A stretch of 64,000 bases of DNA. It comes from Amoebophrya sp. A120. Taxonomy: Eukaryota; Protista; Dinoflagellata. This document shows positions 50,001 through 59,000 of the stretch, piece after piece; the first letter of the stretch is position 1, and every line of letters begins with the position of its first letter. A program made the translations under genes and the position numbers. The stretch covers positions 7,346,743 through 7,410,742 of the forward strand of contig CAJINV010000002.1 in the NCBI GenBank assembly GCA_905178155.1, given 5' to 3'. Below the pieces are notes generated by a model that was given only the letters and a program-made list of their open reading frames with translations, did not search any database and was not told the DNA's origin.

Positions 50001-53000
50001 GGCTCTACAGCAATGGGCATCCGTTCATAACCACGAGGAGACGTGGGCACTGTAGTCGCCGTGCCAAAGGTCACCAAGCGGAACTGCCTTATCCGTTCCT
50101 GAAGAGGGCACGACGAGTACTAGACGGGACCAAAACAGTGGAAGATCTCTGGATCGAGAATGTGCGGGACAGGCCGTGGCAGGTCCTGTCCTGGATCTGC
50201 GCTTGCTTCTGGCTCGCTTACTACAACTGGACTTGGGCCTTGGGAACTCTCGTGTTACTTTGCCTCGGCCTGTCTATCGCTCGCGCTTTCGGCATCTGTT
50301 GCAACTGGATCTGCAAGGCCCTGCGCGAAATAGACCTCGAATTCCTCGACCCTCCACCGCTCCGGCACCTCACGCGGCAGCGCAGCAACAACAACCCCTA
50401 TCGGATAGTTCGGGATTGTCAAATCGAGAGTAACCATGAGGGTCATACGTGTTGCGACAGATACGCTGTCGTCACCAACTGCTGGTCCATTGTAGGCACC
50501 GGGTTCCTGCATTCACGGGAGATCGAGTCGAATTTCTACAATGTAGGCAATGATTGCGAGAAGAACATCGGAACCATGGCCGAAATCAAGCGGATGTTGC
50601 AACTAAAGCACGGAAGGTACTCACCCCGGTCTCGCTCACGAGTTTATGGGATCTTTGCGATCGGGCGCCACTACCAGGTGGACAACCTGCGGTACTTTGA
50701 TGCGAAAAGAGGCGTCTGGGTAGGGGCAAAGCCCTCCTACAGCGTCCGCACCGGCTTCGATCGCGTGGGGGGTCCTCTCAACATGGTGAACGTTGTAGAG
50801 CGTCTGCGGGGTGACGGATCAGACGACAACGTCCGCAACTGGAATGCATTGCTCTGGAGCTGCATCAAAGACATTCGGGGTTTGTTTTCTGGATTGAACG
50901 AGGTCGCCAGGTCCAATTACCAGCAGTGGACTGCAATACGAGATCTCGAGCCGGGGCGTTACGATCGACGGAGCTGGTTCGAAGGAAAGTTTTGCGACTT
51001 CTTCGGGGGTAATGAACGTTGTGCCATCGTTCTCGTGCTGGAATTGCACGAAGACACCCCGTTGAACATCGAGAAGCAGCTCCTCCGTGCCCTCAGAAAC
51101 GAGATTCAAAGTTGCATCATCCAACACGCCGACAACTCGCAGGAGGGACGTCGCCACTGGTACGATCCAAACGGGTTCTGGGCGCGCAGCGAAATACACC
51201 GCGTACATGCACGACTCCTGGAACGTGTCGTCGTGACGGCGGTTCGCCATGGGACGATCGTGGGAACGGAAACGGGTCACAGCGCTGATACGTATTTGTT
51301 ACGGAACGAGTACGCACTTCTTGCTGGACTCGACGTCCTTGGTGTCAGTGGGGCCTATTTTGGGGATATTTCCCTGGCCTCCAGTACACCTGTCCGTGAC
51401 CGCACGGTGGACCGCTGGCAAGTCACGGAGCAGCAAATCGAGAGGGCAAGAAGATACAACTTCCTGGGTGAGGTTACACATGACAGCCCTTTCTGCCTCG
51501 CCATCCCCTACGAAATGGGGTCCGGGCTGGTCAACGGCTACATGCGACACGGGCGCCTCGTGAGAAATCGCAATTGCCTGTTGCACGCAGCGCCACCAGG
51601 AGGCGGCTTCACAAAACTCACCGGTTACTTCTTCGACAGTTTCGGACGACATCGGAAGTGCGAGGTCCTGGCCTACGAACTAGGACACACTTTCGAACTC
51701 AGTATTGAAGGTGGTGTGAGCGCTGAGGAGCTTTTGCGGGTTTGCTGTGGCATCACGGAAGACGAGTTCCGTCGGACGACGCCAAGCGTTCGACGCTTGC
51801 TGTCCCAAGTCCGGCGTGCCACGCCAGGAATTGTGCAGACTTTCGGAAACAACATCGGCGCGCGAGTCGAGATAGACCGTGATATCCACTACAGCAGCGC
51901 TCCCGTGCAACGCGAGCTGGAGAAGAATCGTCATTACCTTGAGAGAAGGACGACTTTCAGCAATTTCGCCAACGGGTTTAACGGCATCCGCGGGGTCATT
52001 TCGTGGTTCCTGCGACAGGTCGCACACACAATCGTGCAGTTCGCCTTCAACATTGAGGGACCACAGGGTCTTGTCCGTAGCAGCATTACGGTCGAAGAGC
52101 AGTCCCGGTCCCGATACGGCGGAGTAGAGGCATTTTGGAGGCAGTCAGACATCGAGAAGCTCAACAAAGACGAGAGAGCCAACATCTGTCGCAAAATGGG
52201 GCGAGATGAGAAAGGTGAGTTCTCACAAGTCCGCAGCGACCCCCTTGGAAACAGACTGGTCGTTGGTTTCAAGTGCAAAGATGGTCGCTACATACTGACA
52301 GTTGTGCTTGTGGACACAGGGTGCAAAGTGTCGAAGTATGTCCTCGGAGAAAACCTTCTGTCCGTTTTCTTCGCTGCCCTGTACGGAATCCCTCGCGTAC
52401 ACGTACCGGGGCTCGAGGAAATTTGCCTTTTCGGTTCTCCGAATTGCGGGTCAATGTCCTCTACCCTGGCCCTTGCCTTCGTGGACCCTTTTATCCCGTG
52501 CTTTGATTACACGCTGAAAGGGGCCGAGAACAGCGGACAAGGGGAAGTCGGGCGTTTCTATTCCGTCAAGGACGGTTGCGGAATAGCGCGCGGCTACGCT
52601 CCCGGGCACAATCGCGTGGTCTCTTTGAGCGAAGACCCCGCTGCAGACATCGCTCGCGGGCTGCGGATTTCCGAAGTACGGGACACAGCGTCTAGGGCGG
52701 TCTTGAGCCGTGGGAGCCTGGCCATGGTCGCGGAGTGGCTTTTCCGCTACGACGGCTTAATACTGGGTATGGACACTATTGTTCGTCTCGGGCTCGAGTT
52801 GCCCGTTCCGTACAGCTTCTTGGACCAACTGGGGATGCTCTCGCTCGTCCTCGAGGAGGCAGCCACTGGAAAGGCCCACCGTCGAATGGCGCAGCGCGTT
52901 CCCACCCGGGGAATTGGGAACGAAGATTATATGGGGCTCTTCGAAAATCGCGTCACGCCGGCCGGCAAGAAACTGTCGCCGAAGGAGCTTGTTGCCATTG

Positions 53001-56000
53001 CCATGCGCGATTCGAAACCGCTCGACGCCAGCAAGGCGGAGGATCAACCAGTCATCCGCCTGATGCACAGTAGCAGCTTGATGCAGCAAGTTGCACAGGT
53101 ACCTGCCGGGGCAACTGTGATCGCCGCCACACCACCAGCCGAGAGCGGAGGAGCCAATGCGACTGTTTCTGCACCCACTCCTGTGCCCGCTGCCAAGAAG
53201 GTCTCTTTCCAGGACGGACCGCCTGCGACGATCGAGATCGAGCAAAATCAGGCGAGCTCTGGTTACCTCCGGTTCAGCTACGGCGACCTCCACGACACCA
53301 ACGACCTCGCCCCTAATGGTAGTTACACCTGCACCGTTGACTTCACAGAGTCAAAGCGGAGATTCGAAAACGGAACGCTGCAACGGGTGCATTTCGACTT
53401 CACGTCGGAGGAGCTCAAGCACCTTGCTGAAAATTACATATGCGAGGACGATGCTCCGGAGGGTGTTTACAAGCACCGGGCGGACCTGGACCTCGACAAG
53501 GTCCGCAGCAAAGGTGTCGCTTCTAAGAATGTCGATCTCGGATTGAGCAGCGCTGGTGCCCCGCTCTCTAACACGAAGAATGCCATCAAGCATCGTAAGA
53601 AGCGCGAGCAAGTACGTCGTCTGCGGCAGTTCGACCAATACCTCCGCAGTGGGCTTCCGAGTCTCTTCCGAGAAGCGGCTTCCAGCGGTCCATCTGAAGT
53701 ACAGCCCGGCACGCCTGAAACTTCACCTGACGAGAGCAAGGTGCCCGAGGATCCTACAGTTCCGGAGGAAGAGGGACCAGGAGAAGAGGAATTGAACGAG
53801 TCTGACTCGGAGGACGAAGTCGAGACATCGAAGACCAGTGCTGATTTCGAGTGGCCTGATAGCTTGCGCCTCAGTGCCAAACAACGTGCTGCCGCTAAAC
53901 GGTGGGGTAGCGACGCGAGTGGTACCCGTGAGTACGCACGAACGCTGCGGAGACGCCTGCGAGGCGAAACTTGCTGTGGCTGGCGCTTCGTGCTGTTGAT
54001 GGTCTTACTGGCCTACTCGGTGATGGAGGGCTTTGTCTGCGAGGTGCATGCAGCTGATCCAGAAAACGACTCCTTCGAGACAGGCTCCACCGAGAAGGAC
54101 TTGAGTAAGGACGCTCTAAGGCGCGGCGTGAAGTATCTCGCTGCGTTGGATACCGAATCAGTGAAAGGCATCGCCAGCCTGGACTGCGCCAAGGGCTTCT
54201 TGCAATATAAGTTGTCCTCGCGTTTATGGCGCTACACCTCATGGGTGTACCGGTGCGTAGTAAAGCGGCCCCTCAGACTCTTCCTGGGTCTGACGTGGGC
54301 ACCGCAGATTTTCTGCACTGGGTCCCAATTATCCTTCGGGACGTTGCGGGACCCCGACATAGAAGTCGCAGAACTGATGCGGGCCAGCGAGAAGGTGGGA
54401 GTCCATCTCTCCGCAGATATCAGCGAGAGTGACCTCGACAAACTTGTCCTTCATTTTGCAAAAGAAAAGGGCCCTGCTTGCGTCACCGACGAGAGAAACG
54501 CAGAGGATTTGTTTTCACGATTGGAGGGCCCGCGAGAAGCCGCCGAACGTGCGTTACGCAAGCAGGAGCAGTCAACGCTGGACGGAAGCGCAGCTGCTGG
54601 AGACGATGATAGCGATTTCTCCGAAGTGGATGTCATGCAGGACGCCGACAGTGACAGCACCAGCTCCTCGGAAGGCGAAGAGCAGTCGGATTTTGGCGGA
54701 AAACTGACGCGCGAAGATCACCTCTTTTCCTTTTATCAACAGCAGATGGAGAAGCAGGGAGTCACGTCGGTTTACAAACAACAGAGTCCCTCCTTCACCA
54801 CGGAGTGCACTGACACCGCAGAAACCGTATCGGGCAGTGATACTGAGGGATCCCGAACTTCTGACGACGAGTCGTCCGAGACCACTTCAGAGGTTGGCCC
54901 GGACAACGCGAGCTCCCCGTCACGTGGCCCCAAATCAAAGAAGCCGCGTACCACTATCCCGGTAAACGAGAAGCGCGTTCGCACCCTGCTACAGGCGGCC
55001 AAAGCCTTCGGTCCGTGGCGTTGGGGCGAGCACGGTGTTCGTCTACTTTGGAGGTATCTCAAAACTAAGGTGAACCAGGCCAGCCCTGGTGGGACACGCA
55101 GGGAGAAACGTCGACGCGGACAGAAACTTTTGAAGAGTCTTTTGGAAAAGATTCCGGGATTGGAATTCGTGATTCCGTACGTGGACGACGTGAATTTCAC
55201 GTTCCATGGGCTGTGGAACCTCCTCGTACGTCTCGGGCTGGTTTTAGGCAGAAGTGAGCAGACAGGATTGGCTTTCAGCGTCAAGAAGGTTCAGGCGGAC
55301 CGCGTGCTCCAGGTTCTTGGATGGCTTATCGATGCCGCTCAGGGATTCCGGACGCCTGACCCAGGCAAGGTTCGTGGTTTGCGCGCGTTTACCTGGCAGC
55401 GGGTGTCGAAAGATCTGAAGGTCTTGAAGCGCTTCGTGTGCGTGGCTGGGTATCTTCGGGAGGCCTACCAGCGCACCGATGAGCTCGACGCTGCGGAACA
55501 ACTGCTGAAGGACTACCTGCAGAATCCCAAGGCATTCAAGACAATGCGCAGCGACCCAAAGGCTCGAGCTGCCTTCAAGACCTACCAGCGGAAACTGTGC
55601 GACACCGTCGAGATAAGCCAGATCGACGTCGCTGCAGCGCGCAATTGGCGACTCTACACACCCGGAGAAAACCCTATCCTCAGGATCATGCTCGATTCAT
55701 CCGCTGCCCGATCAAACGCCACGGGCATGCAACGCCAACGTGGCACCGATCGCATGGTGTTCAATCGAACCCATAAATGGGCGAAAGAAGAACGCGACAA
55801 GAACGGCAACTTGTCGGTGATGATGGAGGTGAACGGGGCCGTATGGCTGGTACGCGAGGTCTTGCCACGCCTTCCAAAAGTCCCCTTTGCGCTTTATTTC
55901 GACAACACGTGTTTGTCAGAAAAGCAGTTGTGGTCGATATGCGCTTCGGCAACAGTCAGGAAGTCCCTGGTCTCCAAAAGTGCCGAGGTCATCTGCGCAC

Positions 56001-59000
56001 TGGCGGAATGGGAGGTGTACTTCGAAACCGCGAAGGGTGCGGGCAACAGTATCCCGGACCACGGCAGTCGTTGCGACCCTGCTGGGCCCGCCTCCCAGAA
56101 AGCAGGGGAGCAAAAGGATGCGTTCGAGATGCTGCGCGATCGCCTCAAGTGGCTCTTTGGTAAAGGAAAAGTCACTCCAGACAGCGACAGCGAAGAAGAA
56201 GAAAAGGGTGGGGGGCCCGGGAACGGAGCCGCGAAGTCCTACACCAACATCGCCCCGCAGAACACAGAAGAAGATGGTGGCCTTGCTCGGGAAGATCGGG
56301 TCGACGCCTGGATGGGTCTGCATCGGTTTTTGTCCATGGATGCTTTCCTATCCTACTGGACCTGCTCCCAAGCCACGCTGCACCCCTTTGTGGAGGCGAG
56401 TTTCTTCGTACAAACAGACGATTTTTACGAAGTGCCTTTTGAAGACGGCCGACTGGTCCAGTATTACGTCGACTTCCACTTCTCTTCGGTGCAAGAAATC
56501 ACGATCCTCCCTCCCAACCGATGCGCGAGCAGACTTCAGCTGATGGAGGGTCTGACGTATCGCGTTACCGCGACCACAGACAAGCCGGTTTGCGTGACGC
56601 CACGGCTCTTTGTCCTACCATTCGAAGGGAACCGCAAACACGTCGATCTCAAAGGGCGATACCGAATAGTGCAGATGTCGGGTGTGCTCGACACGCATGT
56701 GCGGGAAACCACGCCGCAATATGGGGCGTCGTGTGACACGGTGGACACCGAAGTCGAGATGCCCTTCCACCGCGAAGGATCTGCTGCTGCCGCTCCGAAG
56801 GACACTGTGGATTCTGAGTTTCCGCTGCCCGATCCGTCGACACTCCCTCCCTCGAACAACCCGATCTTGAACAACGCGACACCAGAAGAAGTCGTGCAGG
56901 CGATCATCACTAGGCTTCGAAAGGCCCGCAGTTCCATCACAGTCGAGGATTTCGAGAAAGCTTGCGTCGCCAAGTTCGAAGAGGTCTGTGGCAAATGGCC
57001 AACCGGTGCCCGTTATTGCATGATGAGGCAAATGTTGTTGTTGCGTCTCGCGCTTTGGACGGAAGGAGCCCGGTTCCCCACCGCTCGCTTGCCGAGTGCG
57101 TACCATCCAGTTAAAAAGAACTGCAAGTATGCGGCGTTCAGAAAGATTCAGCTTGAACCTCTCATGGACCTTGTGTTGAGGTTCCATTTAGCTGAACAGA
57201 CCCTTGAAGGTCTGCTTGCCGACTATGACCCGCACATGGGGCTGCCAGTGCAGTTGTCCGCTTTGTTTCTCGCTATACGTAAGAACGACTGTCTGGCCCG
57301 GATCATAGTCGATGCGTCGACTTCGAATGGGGTCTTCGAAGCCGCGGTTTACCCGCTCGCAGCAGTCGAAGCTGTGTGGGCTAAACTCCTCAGCTGCTTC
57401 CCTGCCATCACCCGAAAGGAGTACCACGAGAAAACAAACGCCATGCTGTCGCTGCGGTCCATCGGGAACTGGGGACAGCTGGCTCTCCGGACGGTGAAAG
57501 GGGCACTCACGTTCGCGGGCCTCGACTCTGCCTCGCGCGAAGAAAAGCCCGTGGGAAACTTCCTCGATGCACTCCGGACGGAACCTGTCTTCGTGCACTA
57601 CAGCGGGTATCTCGACAAGACAGAGGCCATGCGGTTGGCTGGTTTGAAGCCAAAGACCGGAGACTCGATTGTCTTCAAGTCTTGCCAGAGCGTGCTGCCA
57701 CCTGGGGGTGAACGCTGGTTAAACCGCCGTGCCGAATACACGGGTCTACGGCCGTGGTCCCGGGCCAAGTCTATTCTGATGCGCACTATGCCTGGCGCTC
57801 TGTCCACGCACCCACCACGACCGACCACGTTTCGGGTGCTACATGTACTTCCGGTTGAAGAGACGTTCGAGGACCTCTGTTGGCGCGACGGTGGCTGGGG
57901 TGCGGTCTTCAAGCAATTCACGGACCGAAGCTCGTACGACACCGTCAGACTCGGTTTCCCGTCCGTCGATTGGCTTTGCAAGGAATGCATTCTCGTATTC
58001 CGAGGTGACAACTACACGGACTACATGTGCGGCGCAGCTCCGGGTCCTAAAGAAGAGCTGCACCTCTGCGAGCCCGTGCCCGGTGATGATAGCCCTGGAA
58101 CCTCAGGCCAACCCCGGTGGTTTCGTTGCCGCGACGAGCTTGAAGGATGTTCCCTACCAGGATTCCAGCCCAAGAAAGCTGGAGATGAGGTAAAAGCCTC
58201 ATCAAAGAAGAAAAGGAATAAGAAAGAGACCTTGCTTCCGACTGAGGACGGGACGGATGAAGACGAGGTCCACGAGGAGCAGAACAAAGCTCCGGCAAAG
58301 AAAGCCAAAACAAAACCTGCTGTCGCGCAGAAGCAGAGCAAGTCGAAGGGTGTCGCTAATAAGAAGTCTAAGGCGAAAGCCAAAGCAAAAGGTAACCTAG
58401 TGGTCGAAGATGATGCCGATCTTGACCTCCAGGCCGAAGCCGATGAGTTTGAGCTCGACTTCGAAAACGAACAGGACTCTAATGAGGTGCAGCTGGAGGA
58501 CGTCGAAATGGAAGACGCCGAGCTGCTCGAAGATGATCTCTCGCAAGAAGAGGCAGAAGAGCCTGGCGTCGACCTCCAAGGGCAAGGATTGCGCCTCGAC
58601 GAGGAGAACCCCAAGAGGAAAGGCACCCTCGTGCGTGAAGCGGTTGAAACTCAATTCAAGAAGCTGATTCCGGAATTCGAGGCGCAAGTGGGTGACGACG
58701 AGGACAAAGTCAAACGCCTTACCTGGACCACCACGAGCAACAATTGGAGCGTCCTCCTCGACATCAAGAACGCCAAGTATCCACGGGACCAGTCAAGAGC
58801 TCCGTCACGCGTCCTCGGATACGCGACAACCACCAAACGGAAGGACGTGCTTGTTCCCCTGACCAAGGACGTTGGCCGAATTGCGCAGTTCCATGGTAGT
58901 ACCGGGAAGTGCGAAAAGTACGGCACCTTGGTTGATTTCGAAGTCGTTGGATTGTCTGTGCTGCTACGTCCACGTCGCTTCTACCTATTCTTCGCGCGAC

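Noticed and set aside
56300-56700. dUTPase-like domain between RNase H and RT(N-half)
   Set aside because: The region is beta-rich, but the conserved dUTPase motifs (RSG, GxIDxDYxG) are not recognisable.
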